NCBI RefSeq assembly: GCF_013044125.1
Contig: NZ_JABEVC010000220.1
Location: 1-61,849 of the forward strand
Length of the DNA stretch: 61,849 nt
Direction of reading: 5' to 3'
DNA from: Acidocella sp.
GTDB lineage: Bacteria > Pseudomonadota > Alphaproteobacteria > Acetobacterales > Acetobacteraceae
Made by a program: the position numbers and the translations under genes. Shown here one piece after another: positions 1-9,459 of the stretch. The notes beneath the pieces are model-generated. The model was not told the DNA's origin. It was given only the letters and a program-made list of their open reading frames with translations, and did no database searches. Position 1 is the stretch's first letter; every line of letters begins with the position of its first letter.

Positions 1-800
1 AGGCCACGCACGAGCTGGCGCTGGGTCATCCAGCCGAAAACCAGGATCGGGGCGACAGCCAGGGTGGAGGCGGCGGAAAGCTTGGCCCAGAACAACCCCT
101 GCGGGCTGGAAAAGGCGACGATGAAGGCGGTGAGGGGGGCGGCGTGCACCGCGGTGAGGTTGAGCGACCAGAAGGCCTCGTTCCAGGAGAGGATGACGGC
201 CAGCAGCCCGGTTGAGGCGATGCCGGGACCGGCGAGGGGCAGCAGCACGACGCGGATCTGCGCCAGGGCGCCCGCGCCGTCCATGCGTGAGGCCTCGATG
301 ATGTCCCCTGGAATTTCCTTAAAGAAAGTATAGAGCATCCAGATGATGATCGGCAGGTTGGCGAGCATCATGATCGCGACGAGGCCGGTTTTGGTGTCCA
401 GCAGGCCGGTGGATTTGCAGATGAGATAGATCGGCATCAGCACGCCCACCGCGGGCATCATCTTGGTCGAGAGAATCCAGAGCAGCAGATCCTTGGTCCA
501 GCGATTGGGGAAGAAAGCCATGGCATAGGCCGCGGGCATGGCGAGCGCGATGGCGATGGCCGTGGAGCCGAAGGAGATGATGACCGAGTTCCAGACCGCG
601 CCGCTGTAGTCGCCCAGCTGATTGACCTGGAAATAGTTCTGCAGGGTTGGGTGGAAGAACAGCAGCGGCGGGGTGGCGACGGCCTCAATCTCGGTTTTGA
701 ACGAGGTCAGCACCATCCACGCCACGGGGAAGAACATGGCGAGCGCCGCGCCCCAGCCGAGCAGCGAGATCCAGATGCGAAAAGCAAGTGAAGCTTTCAT
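1..800 (-). CDS. smoG: Polyol (sorbitol/mannitol) ABC transporter permease, 3' end cut off by window edge
   Basis: Manually translated from ATG at 800: MKASLAFRIWISLLGWGAALAMFFPVAWMVLTSFKTE...; EAA motif EASRMDGA; follows permease and SBP genes. Confidence 0.85.
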   Translation of the reverse strand, partial: MKASLAFRIWISLLGWGAALAMFFPVAWMVLTSFKTEIEAVATPPLLFFHPTLQNYFQVNQLGDYSGAVWNSVIISFGSTAIAIALAMPAAYAMAFFPNRWTKDLLLWILSTKMMPAVGVLMPIYLICKSTGLLDTKTGLVAIMMLANLPIIIWMLYTFFKEIPGDIIEASRMDGAGALAQIRVVLLPLAGPGIASTGLLAVILSWNEAFWSLNLTAVHAAPLTAFIVAFSSPQGLFWAKLSAASTLAVAPILVFGWMTQRQLVRG

Positions 801-809
801 GGGCGGCCC

Positions 810-1706
810 CTAGATGTTGACGTTGCGTGCGATTGTGCGCACCAGGAAGAAGGCCATGATATTGGCCAGGATGATGGCCAGGACGCCGCCGGCCGAGGCG
901 CCGCCGACATCGAAATTCACCAGCGCGCGCAGGTAGATCAGATAGGTCAGGGTTGTCGTTGCATCGCCCGGGCCGCCGGAGGTGGTGATGAAAATTTCCG
1001 CGAAAATCGCCAGCAGGAAGATCGTCTCGATCATCAGCAGGATGGAGATCGGCCGGGCGAGATGCGGCAGAATGACAAAGCGCAGCAACTGCGGGCCGCG
1101 GGCGGCATCCATGCGCGCGGCTTCCATTTGTTCGCGGTCCAGCGACTGCATCGCGGTGAGCAGAATAAGGGTGGCGAAGGGGATCCACTGCCAGGCGACG
1201 ATGATGACGATGCCGGCCATCGGATAATTGGTGAACCAGTCAATGGCGCCAAAGCCGAGCTTGGTGGTGACCCAGGCGAAAACGCCGCTCACCGGGTTCA
1301 TCAGCAGGTTTTTCCAGATCAGGGCGCTGACCGTGGGCATGACGAAGAACGGCGCGATGACGAACAGGCGCGCGATGCTGCGGCCCCAGAACTCCTGATC
1401 AAAGAGAATCGCGAAGGCGACACCGAAGACGATGGTGATTGCCAGCACCGAGCCGACCAGCACGACCTCGTTGAAGAGGGCCGCGAGCATCGCCGGATCT
1501 TCAAGCAGGAATTTGTAATTATTGAAGCCGGCAAAGCCGGTGATGGTGGGGTCCACCAGATTGTAGCGCTGGAAGGAGAACCATAGCGTCATCAACAACG
1601 GCACGATGGACCAGACCAGCAGCAAAAAAACCACCGGCGTTAGCAGCGGCCAGGTACGCATGAGCTTGGTGCCGCGATGCGCCATGGGGGTTTGGGGCCC
1701 TGACAT
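810..1706 (-). CDS. smoF: Polyol ABC transporter permease
   Basis: Multi-TM protein with EAA loop (EAARMDAA), CUT1-type; operon context. Confidence 0.88.
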   Translation of the reverse strand: MSGPQTPMAHRGTKLMRTWPLLTPVVFLLLVWSIVPLLMTLWFSFQRYNLVDPTITGFAGFNNYKFLLEDPAMLAALFNEVVLVGSVLAITIVFGVAFAILFDQEFWGRSIARLFVIAPFFVMPTVSALIWKNLLMNPVSGVFAWVTTKLGFGAIDWFTNYPMAGIVIIVAWQWIPFATLILLTAMQSLDREQMEAARMDAARGPQLLRFVILPHLARPISILLMIETIFLLAIFAEIFITTSGGPGDATTTLTYLIYLRALVNFDVGGASAGGVLAIILANIMAFFLVRTIARNVNI

Positions 1707-1752
1707 GTCTCACGTCTCCTTTAAGAAAGAGCGGGGAATGAGGTGGGAAGTA

Positions 1753-1779
1753 CCGGGAAGAGGTTTGGCCTCTTCCCGG
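1753..1779 (-). other. Intercistronic stem-loop after the SBP gene (mRNA stabiliser or attenuator)
   Basis: CCGGGAAGAGG-tttgg-CCTCTTCCCGG, 11-bp perfect stem. Confidence 0.65.
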
Positions 1780-1791
1780 ATTTGCCGGATT

Positions 1792-3099
1792 TTACTTCAG
1801 ATAACCGGCCTGCTGCATCGCCGCCGTCGTGCTGTCCTGCGCGCTTTGCAGGGCGGCGCTCACGGTGCTGCGTCCGGTCAGCGCGCCGGCCATATCCTGG
1901 CCGACCACCGTGCCGATCTGCTGGAACGGCGGGATGGCAACGAACTGCACGCCGGTGTAGGGCACCGGGTTGAGCGTGGGATGGTTGGGGTCGGCCGCGT
2001 TGATCGCCGCAATGGTGGCTTTCGCGAAGGGCGCCGCCTTCAGATAATCCGCATTGTCATAGGTCGAGGTACGGGTGCCCGGAGGTGCCACGACCCAGCC
2101 TTCGGTCTTGCCGACGAGATCGATATACTTCTGCGAGGTTGCCCAGGCGATGAAGGATTCAGCGGTTTTCTCGTGCTTCGTCGTGGAGGGCACGGCCAGC
2201 GCCCAGGCCCAGAGCCAGCCGGCGCCATGGGTGGTGACGGCGATCGGCGCCTTGACGAAGCCGATTTCGCCCGCGACCTGAGACTGCGTGGGGTCCTCAA
2301 GCTTGCCGGCGGCCGCGGTGGAATCAATCCACATCGCGCAATGGCCGGTTGAGAAAAGCGCCTGGTTTTCGTTGAAACCATTGGAATCGGCACCCGGAGG
2401 ACCGTCTTTCTTCATCAGATCGACATAGAAATTAATCGCGTTTTCCCACGGTGCGGTGGTCAACTGAGGCTTCCAGTCCATATTGAACCAGCTGCCGCCG
2501 TAGGTGTTAACCAAGGTGGAGAGATAGGCCATGTTTTCGCCCCAGCCGGGCTTGCCGCGCAGGCAAATGCCGTACTGCTGCTTGGATTTGTCGGTCAGCT
2601 TGTCGGCAAACTGTTCAATCTGCGCGTAGGTCGGCTGCTCGGGCATGGTGAGCCCGGCTTTTGCGAAAAGATCCTTGCGATACATCGTGAAGGAGCTTTC
2701 GGCATAGAACGGCGCGGCGTAGAGCGTGTTGCCGACGCTCAGCGCCGAGCGCACCTGCGGCAGCAGATCGTTGTAATCATAAGACGCGGGGAAATTGTTG
2801 AGCGGGGCCAGCCAGCCCTGCTTCGCCCAGATCGGGGTTTCGTAGGAGCCGATCGTGATGACGTCAAACTGGCCGCCGTGGGTTGCGATGTCAGTGGTCA
2901 CACGCTGGCGCAGGACGTTTTCCTCCAGAACCACCCAGTTGATTTTGTTGCCCGTCTGCTTTTCCCACTGCTTGGACAGTTTCTGCATGATAATCATGTC
3001 AGAATTGTTCACCGTGGCGATTGTGATGGTCGTGGCCGACGCCGCGCAGGGCGTGGCAAGAAGAAATGCGGCGAAAGCCGCGTTTTTAAGCAGACGCAT
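1792..3099 (-). CDS. smoE: Polyol ABC transporter substrate-binding protein
   Basis: Signal peptide, TITIATVNN..., WVVLEENVLRQRVTTDIAT motif typical of SmoE/MtlE; ATG 3099 preceded by GAGGGA. Confidence 0.88.
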   Translation of the reverse strand: MRLLKNAAFAAFLLATPCAASATTITIATVNNSDMIIMQKLSKQWEKQTGNKINWVVLEENVLRQRVTTDIATHGGQFDVITIGSYETPIWAKQGWLAPLNNFPASYDYNDLLPQVRSALSVGNTLYAAPFYAESSFTMYRKDLFAKAGLTMPEQPTYAQIEQFADKLTDKSKQQYGICLRGKPGWGENMAYLSTLVNTYGGSWFNMDWKPQLTTAPWENAINFYVDLMKKDGPPGADSNGFNENQALFSTGHCAMWIDSTAAAGKLEDPTQSQVAGEIGFVKAPIAVTTHGAGWLWAWALAVPSTTKHEKTAESFIAWATSQKYIDLVGKTEGWVVAPPGTRTSTYDNADYLKAAPFAKATIAAINAADPNHPTLNPVPYTGVQFVAIPPFQQIGTVVGQDMAGALTGRSTVSAALQSAQDSTTAAMQQAGYLK

Positions 3100-3260
3100 A
3101 TTACGTTCCCTCTGTTTCATTGCTGTTTGTTCGTACCCCGGCGCGCCGGGATGAAGGCGTTAGGCTTTACTCATGCGGTTGGACGGCGCCTTGCGGCCTG
3201 GACCCAGCCACACCGCGGATGAGCTTGCCCCCACCCTGGCATGAACAACGAGTACACACT

Positions 3261-3290
3261 CTCAACCTCAATTAACCTCAATCAACATCA
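3261..3290. repeat. Three tandem 10-bp direct repeats, probable operator of the polyol operon
   Basis: CTCAACCTCA-ATTAACCTCA-ATCAACATCA; related copies at 3444-3453 and 3482-3499. Confidence 0.6.
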
Positions 3291-3677
3291 ACCTCCCGGC
3301 ATCCTGGGCGGGCGCTTTGATTGGCCGCCGCATTGGAATGACACCAGACCCATGCTCCGCCACGAACCTGCGGCGGAGCGGCATGAATTAAACACAAACC
3401 AATTATTAAAGCAAATAGAATTATTATTAGCCGTTTGGCTAAGCCTAACCTCAGTTAGTACGGGGGGCAGGCGGGGCAAAACTCAACCTGTTAACATTAA
3501 ACGCCCAGCGGGGCCTGCCCGGGACGGCATCCGCGAACAAACCTGCTTTAACACATTACGCGCCGGTAATACCAGCTGACGCGGGCCTGACTCACTGGAG
3601 AATTTCCGCGCCAGGGCGGCTCTAGCGGGCTGGGCGGCGGCATGATGCGGAGCGGCGGATGGGCTGGCTCGCTGGCG

Positions 3678-4577
3678 TCAACCGGGGGCAGGCTTTAACT
3701 GGCCCAGCAGCGCCATGAACTGCCTGACCGCGGGGGAGGCTTCGGCGTGGCGGGAGGCGAGCACCAGATCGGAGCTGAGATCCAACCCGCGCACCGGGCG
3801 CAGCACCGTGCCGGGGATGCGTAGATTGCCCACCGAGACGGGTACCAGCCCGAAGCCCAGCCCGGCGGCGACCGTGGTGATGACGGTGAGAAAGTCGCGC
3901 ACCGGCTCCATGATGACCGGGTTGAACCCCCCGGCGCGGCCCAGCTCCTGGATGCGGGTGAGAAACCCCGCTTCCTCGCCGAAATGGGGCACCAGCAAAG
4001 GGATGCCCGCGAGATCCGCCGGGATGATCGCCTCCTGGCGCGCCAGCGGGTGGCCGGCCGGCAGGGCGATCAGCAGAGGGTCGCGGCTGAGACGGAACAC
4101 CCTGATCTCGACCGGGTATTGCTTGCGCGCGCGGATGAAGCCGATGTCCAGCCGGCCGGTGGCGATGTCCTCGATCTGGCGGGGGGTTTCCAGCTCGCGC
4201 AGATGCACATCCACGCCCGGCGCCACCGCGCGGTAGCGGCGCACGAAGTCTGACACGGTGCCGGCCAGCGCCGCCGAGGCGACATAGCCGATCTCGATCC
4301 GGCCAAGCTCGCCCCGCCCGGCGCGCCTGCCCACCGTCTCCCCGCGCTCAGCCTGGCGCAGGATCAGCTTGGCCTCGGGCAGAAACAGCGCGCCGGTGGT
4401 GGTGAGGGTGACGCTGGAGCGCTTGCTGCGGTTGAACAGGCGGGCGCCGAGCAGGGCCTCCAGCGCCATGACCGTGCGGCTGACGGCAGATTGGGTCATG
4501 CCCAGGCGGTCCGCCGCGCGGGCGAAATGCAGCTCCTCGGCAACCATCTCGAAGCAGCGCAGCTGATGCAGTTCCAC
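3678..4577 (-). CDS. LysR-family regulator, divergent from gcdH
   Basis: N-terminal HTH ELHFARAADRLGMTQSAVS; LysR substrate-binding domain. Confidence 0.92.
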   Translation of the reverse strand: MELHQLRCFEMVAEELHFARAADRLGMTQSAVSRTVMALEALLGARLFNRSKRSSVTLTTTGALFLPEAKLILRQAERGETVGRRAGRGELGRIEIGYVASAALAGTVSDFVRRYRAVAPGVDVHLRELETPRQIEDIATGRLDIGFIRARKQYPVEIRVFRLSRDPLLIALPAGHPLARQEAIIPADLAGIPLLVPHFGEEAGFLTRIQELGRAGGFNPVIMEPVRDFLTVITTVAAGLGFGLVPVSVGNLRIPGTVLRPVRGLDLSSDLVLASRHAEASPAVRQFMALLGQLKPAPG

Positions 4578-4598
4578 GGCTTGACCTCCGGCATCTGG

Positions 4599-4625
4599 AG
4601 TTTAATGCTAAAATAACATTAAACT
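4599..4625. promoter_or_regulatory. LysR recognition site (T-N11-A inside an inverted repeat)
   Basis: AGTTTAATG-ctaaaataa-CATTAAACT in the divergent intergenic region. Confidence 0.7.
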
Positions 4626-4717
4626 TCCATTTTAATTCCTTTGCGCCGGTTTTGAAGGTGCGGCAAGAGTAACGCCGCCACCCCGCAAGCCGGGCGTTTT
4701 TCAGCAAGGAATTCACC

Positions 4718-5914
4718 ATGACGCAGCCGCAAGCCACCAAAGGGAAAATGGGTCCGTTCAAGTGGAGCGACCCGTTGCGGCTTGAGAGCCTGTTGAGCGA
4801 GGAGGAGCGCGCCATCCGCGACGCCGCGCATGATTATTGCCAGGAAAAATTGCAGCCGCGCGTGCTGAAAGCCTTCCGCGAGGAGCATTTTGACCGCTCG
4901 ATCATGAACGAGCTGGGCGAGCTGGGCTTCCTCGGCGCGACGCTTGGCACCCATGGCTGCGCCGATGTCAGCTATGTCGCCTACGGGCTGATCTCGCGCG
5001 AGGTGGAGCGCGTGGACAGCGGCTACCGCTCCGCTTTCTCGGTGCAGTCCTCGCTGGTGATGTACCCGATCTATGCGTTCGGCTCGCAGGCGCAGAAGGA
5101 TAAATATCTGCCCAGGCTGCGCACGGGTGAATTTGTCGGCTGTTTTGGCCTGACCGAGCCGGATGCCGGGTCTGACCCCGCCTCGATGCGCACCAAGGCG
5201 GTGAAGGTGGATGGCGGTTATGTGCTCAACGGCTCGAAAACCTGGATCACCAATTCACCGCTCGCCGATGTGCTGCTGGTGTGGGCCAAGGACGATGCGG
5301 GCGATATTCGCGGCTTCCTCATCGAGCGCGGCGCCGCCGGGCTGAGCACGCCCAAGATCGAGGGCAAGGTGAGCCTGCGCGCCTCCACCACCGGCATGAT
5401 CATGATGCAGGATGTGTTCGTGCCCGAGGAGGCGCTGCTGCCCGGCGTGAAGGGCCTGCGCGGCCCGTTCTCCTGCCTCAACAACGCGCGCTACGGCATC
5501 GCCTGGGGCGCGCTGGGGGCGGCGGAGTTCTGCTGGCATGCCGCGCGCGACTATACGCTGGGGCGCAAGATGTTCGGCCGCCCGCTCGCCGCGACACAGC
5601 TGGTGCAGAAAAAACTGGCCGATATGCAGACCGAGATCACCCTTGGCCTGCACAGCGTGTTGCAACTGGGCCGCCTGCTCGATGCGGGCCAAGCCGCGCC
5701 GGAGATGATCTCCCTGCTCAAGCGCAACAACTGCGGCAAGGCGCTCGATATTGCCCGCGTTGCGCGCGACATGCACGGCGGCAACGGCATCGCCGATGAG
5801 TATCATGTGATCCGCCACATGGTGAACCTGGAGACGGTGAACACCTATGAGGGCGCGCATGATGTGCATGCGCTCATCCTGGGCCGCGCGATGACCGGCA
5901 TCGCGGCGTTTTAG
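4718..5914 (+). CDS. gcdH: Glutaryl-CoA dehydrogenase
   Basis: FKWSDPL..., [30 protein letters not shown] signature of GCDH. Confidence 0.93.
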   Translation: MTQPQATKGKMGPFKWSDPLRLESLLSEEERAIRDAAHDYCQEKLQPRVLKAFREEHFDRSIMNELGELGFLGATLGTHGCADVSYVAYGLISREVERVDSGYRSAFSVQSSLVMYPIYAFGSQAQKDKYLPRLRTGEFVGCFGLTEPDAGSDPASMRTKAVKVDGGYVLNGSKTWITNSPLADVLLVWAKDDAGDIRGFLIERGAAGLSTPKIEGKVSLRASTTGMIMMQDVFVPEEALLPGVKGLRGPFSCLNNARYGIAWGALGAAEFCWHAARDYTLGRKMFGRPLAATQLVQKKLADMQTEITLGLHSVLQLGRLLDAGQAAPEMISLLKRNNCGKALDIARVARDMHGGNGIADEYHVIRHMVNLETVNTYEGAHDVHALILGRAMTGIAAF

Positions 5915-5917
5915 AGC

Positions 5918-7132
5918 ATGCCCGGCCCGCTGCACGGCGTTCGCGTTCTCGACCTCAGCCGTATTCTGGCCGGCCCCTGGGCGGGGCAGGTGCTGGCGGA
6001 TCTGGGGGCTGAGGTTATCAAGGTCGAGCGGCCGGAGGTGGGCGATGATACGCGCAGCTGGGGACCGCCGTTTCTGCCACCCGCGGCGGGCGGGCCGGCG
6101 CGCGGCGAGAGCGCCTATTTCCTCTGCGCCAACCGGGGCAAAAAATCGGTGACGATCGACTTCGCCAAACCCGAGGGGCAGGCGCTGGTGAAGCGGCTGG
6201 CCGCGCAGAGCGACATTCTGCTGGAGAACTTCAAGGTGGGCGGCCTGGCCAGGCTGGGGCTCGGCCCCGCGGATATGGCGGAGGTCAACCCCAGGCTGAT
6301 TTATTGCTCAATCACCGGGTTTGGCCAAACCGGCCCCTACCGCGCCCGCGCCGGCTATGATTTTTTGATGCAGGGCATGGGCGGGCTGATGAGCCTGACC
6401 GGGGAGCCGGACGGGGAGCCGATGAAGGTGGGCGTGGCCGTGACCGACGTGTTCACCGGCATGTATGCCGCCACCTCCGTGCTGGCGGCGCTGGCCGAGC
6501 GCGCGCGCAGCGGGCTGGGGCAGCATATCGATATCGCGCTGTTTGACGTGCAGATCGCCACGCTGGCCAACCAGATCATGAGTTATCTCGTCTCCGGGGA
6601 GCAGCCGCCGCGGCTGGGCAACGCGCATCCGAGCATTGTGCCTTATCAGGTGTTTCCGGCGCAGGATGGCCATGTGATCCTGGCCATCGGCAATGATGAG
6701 CAGTTCAGGCGCTTCGCGGATTTTGCCGGTGCGCCGGAGCTGGCGCTCGATGCGCGCTTTGCCACCAACCCGGCGCGGGTGAGAAACCGGGCGGCGCTGA
6801 TCCCCCTGTTGGAAGCGCTGATGCGCCAGCGCCCGGCCCAGAGCTGGATTGCCGGGCTGGAGATGATCGGCGTGCCCTGCGGCCCGATCAACCAATTCGC
6901 CGATCTGGAGGGGCATGAACAGGTGCGGGCGCGCGGCATCTTCAAAACCGTGCCGCACCCCAGCGCCGGTTCGATGCGCAGCGTCGCCAACCCGATGCGC
7001 TTCTCGCGCACCCAAGTGGAGGATGAGCGCGCCTCTCCGCTGCTGGGCGCGGATACGCAGGATGTGCTGGGCGGGATGCTTGGAATTTCCGGCGAGGAGT
7101 TGGGCGCGCTGCGGCTGGCCGGCATTGTATGA
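5918..7132 (+). CDS. CaiB/BaiF family III CoA-transferase (probable glutarate CoA-transferase)
   Basis: LDLSRILAGP, GDDTRSWGPP, GYD catalytic Asp motif; directly after gcdH. Confidence 0.88.
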   Translation: MPGPLHGVRVLDLSRILAGPWAGQVLADLGAEVIKVERPEVGDDTRSWGPPFLPPAAGGPARGESAYFLCANRGKKSVTIDFAKPEGQALVKRLAAQSDILLENFKVGGLARLGLGPADMAEVNPRLIYCSITGFGQTGPYRARAGYDFLMQGMGGLMSLTGEPDGEPMKVGVAVTDVFTGMYAATSVLAALAERARSGLGQHIDIALFDVQIATLANQIMSYLVSGEQPPRLGNAHPSIVPYQVFPAQDGHVILAIGNDEQFRRFADFAGAPELALDARFATNPARVRNRAALIPLLEALMRQRPAQSWIAGLEMIGVPCGPINQFADLEGHEQVRARGIFKTVPHPSAGSMRSVANPMRFSRTQVEDERASPLLGADTQDVLGGMLGISGEELGALRLAGIV

Positions 7133-7190
7133 GCGGGCGGATTTTTCATGTGCTGAACGGTATAAAAAACCAATGGTCCAAGGCTGATAA

Positions 7191-7940
7191 ATGAAAACGG
7201 CACGCAGGCCCGTGGTGGGCGTTATTACTGACATGCGCGATCTGGGCGGCATGGCGTATCAGATCATCGGCGATAAATATGTGCAGGCGGTGTCGCAATT
7301 TGCCGGTTGCCTGCCGATCGCACTGCTGAGCGAGCAGGGGCGCGGCGGCGTGGACGACCTGCTGGCGCTGTGCGATGGATTTCTTTTCACCGGCAGCCCC
7401 TCGAACATCCGGCCCTGGCGCTACGGCGATACGGCGGCGGGGGATGGGCCGTTCGACGATGCGCGCGATGCGCTCTCGCTCATGCTCATCCCCGCGATTC
7501 TGCGCGCGCGGGTGCCCGCACTTTTCATCTGCCGGGGGTTGCAGGAATTGAATGTCGCGCAGGGCGGCACATTACAGACCAAAATCCCCGCGCGGGAGCC
7601 GGCGGTTGAGCATCACGCCCCGGAAGACGCCCGTTACGAGGACCGCTACGCGCCGCTGCACCGGGTGAGCCTGATTGAAGCCTCGCCTCTGGCCGATGTA
7701 TTCTGCGCGCCGTCTTTCGCGGTGAATTCGCTGCATTATCAGGCTTTGGCAAAAATCGGCGCGGGGCTCACCGTGCATGGCTATGCCGAGGACGGCATCC
7801 CCGAGATTGTCGCTGCTGATGGGCATCCCTTCGCCATCGGCGTACAATGGCACCCGGAATACCGGCCCGAGCTGAGCGCGCCCAACCGCGCGCTGTTTGA
7901 GCATTTTGGCCAGGCCGTGCGCGCCCGGCGGGACGCATGA
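7191..7940 (+). CDS. puuD: Gamma-glutamyl-gamma-aminobutyrate hydrolase family (peptidase C26)
   Basis: TGSPSN, ICRGLQELNVA, VNSLH, GVQWHPE class I amidotransferase triad. Confidence 0.85.
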   Translation: MKTARRPVVGVITDMRDLGGMAYQIIGDKYVQAVSQFAGCLPIALLSEQGRGGVDDLLALCDGFLFTGSPSNIRPWRYGDTAAGDGPFDDARDALSLMLIPAILRARVPALFICRGLQELNVAQGGTLQTKIPAREPAVEHHAPEDARYEDRYAPLHRVSLIEASPLADVFCAPSFAVNSLHYQALAKIGAGLTVHGYAEDGIPEIVAADGHPFAIGVQWHPEYRPELSAPNRALFEHFGQAVRARRDA

Positions 7941-7978
7941 AACCGGCGTTTGAAGTTTTTTTATAAGGAATAACAACG

Positions 7979-9409
7979 ATGGCACATGAGCGGCAGTTTT
8001 ATATCAATGGCGAATGGGTGGACCCGGTGACGCCGCGCACGATGGATGTGATCAACCCCGCGACCGAAGAGGCGTTCACGCAGATCTCGCTGGGCTCCAA
8101 AGCCGATGTGGACCTCGCCGTGGCCGCCGCGCGCAAGGCGTTCGAGACATTCAGCCAGACGACGCGCGCGGAGCGGCTCGATCTGCTCAAGCGGATTCTC
8201 GCGGCCTTCCAGGCCCGCTATGAGGATATCGCCAACGCGATCACGCTGGAGCTTGGCGCGCCGGTGACGCTGGCGCATAAATCGCAGGCGGCCATCGGTG
8301 TTGGGCATCTGACCCAGATGATCTCGGTGCTGGAGACTTTCGAGTTCGAGCACATGCAGGGCACGACGCTGATCGCCAAGGAGCCGATCGGCGTGGTCGG
8401 CATGATCACGCCATGGAACTGGCCGATCAACCAGATCACCTGCAAGGTCTGCCCGGCGATTGCCGCCGGTTGCACCATGGTGCTCAAACCATCCGAAATC
8501 GCGCCGCTGGATGCCATCATCTTCGCCGAGGTGATGCATGCGGCGGGGGTTCCGCCCGGCGTGTTCAATCTGGTCAACGGCGATGGCCCCGGCGTGGGCA
8601 CCGCGATGTCCGAGCATCCTGATATAGACATGATCTCCTTCACCGGCTCCACGCGCGCGGGGATTCTCATCGCCAAGGCCGCGGCGGATACGATCAAGCG
8701 CGTGCACCAGGAGCTGGGCGGAAAATCGGCCAATATCCTGCTCGACGATGTGGATATCGAAGCCGCGGTGACCACCGGCGTGGTGGATTGTTTCCAGAAC
8801 ACCGGCCAGTCCTGCAATGCGCCGACGCGCATGTTTGTCCCCGCACAGTTCCGCGGCGTGGCGGTGGACGCCGCCCGGCGTGCCGCCGAGGCCATCAAGG
8901 TCGGCGCGCCGGCGGACCCGCAGGTTTATATGGGGCCGGTGATCAGCCAGCTGCAATATGACAAGATCCAGGCGATGATCCAGGCCGGGATCGACGAAGG
9001 GGCGACGCTCGTGACCGGGGGCACCGGCCGCCCGGACGGGCTGAACCGGGGCTATTATGTCCGCCCGACCGTGTTTGCCGATGTGACGCCGGATATGCGC
9101 ATCGCGCGGGAGGAGATTTTCGGCCCCGTGCTCTCCATCCTCACCTATGAGACCCCGGCGCAGGTGATCGCGCTGGCGAATGATACGGTTTATGGCCTGG
9201 CCGCCTATGTGCAATCAGGCAGCCGCGAACGGGCGCAGGAAATTTCGCGCAAGATGCGCAGCGGCAATGTGTACATCAATTATCCGAAAGGCGATCTGAA
9301 CGCACCCTTCGGCGGCTACAAACAGTCCGGCAACGGCCGCGAATGGGGCCAGTGGGGGCTTGAAGAGTTCCTCGAAATTAAAGGCGTTGTCGGTTACGCC
9401 GCGGGATAA
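7979..9409 (+). CDS. Aldehyde dehydrogenase
   Basis: PWNWP, FTGST, ELGGKS, GQSC catalytic Cys, EEIFGP, FGGYKQSG. Confidence 0.93.
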   Translation: MAHERQFYINGEWVDPVTPRTMDVINPATEEAFTQISLGSKADVDLAVAAARKAFETFSQTTRAERLDLLKRILAAFQARYEDIANAITLELGAPVTLAHKSQAAIGVGHLTQMISVLETFEFEHMQGTTLIAKEPIGVVGMITPWNWPINQITCKVCPAIAAGCTMVLKPSEIAPLDAIIFAEVMHAAGVPPGVFNLVNGDGPGVGTAMSEHPDIDMISFTGSTRAGILIAKAAADTIKRVHQELGGKSANILLDDVDIEAAVTTGVVDCFQNTGQSCNAPTRMFVPAQFRGVAVDAARRAAEAIKVGAPADPQVYMGPVISQLQYDKIQAMIQAGIDEGATLVTGGTGRPDGLNRGYYVRPTVFADVTPDMRIAREEIFGPVLSILTYETPAQVIALANDTVYGLAAYVQSGSRERAQEISRKMRSGNVYINYPKGDLNAPFGGYKQSGNGREWGQWGLEEFLEIKGVVGYAAG

Positions 9410-9459
9410 GGGCGGGGCTTTCACCAGAACCACTTTCACCAGAGCCAAGGAAATATCTC

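Noticed and set aside
3241-3579. 112-aa ORF in the smoE-lysR gap
   Set aside because: AT-rich regulatory DNA, atypical composition, no RBS
7961-9214. 417-aa minus ORF (also 9592-10755, 17868-18905, 26636-27880, 39595-40854, 60526-61680)
   Set aside because: Antisense to well-supported genes; codon-bias artefacts
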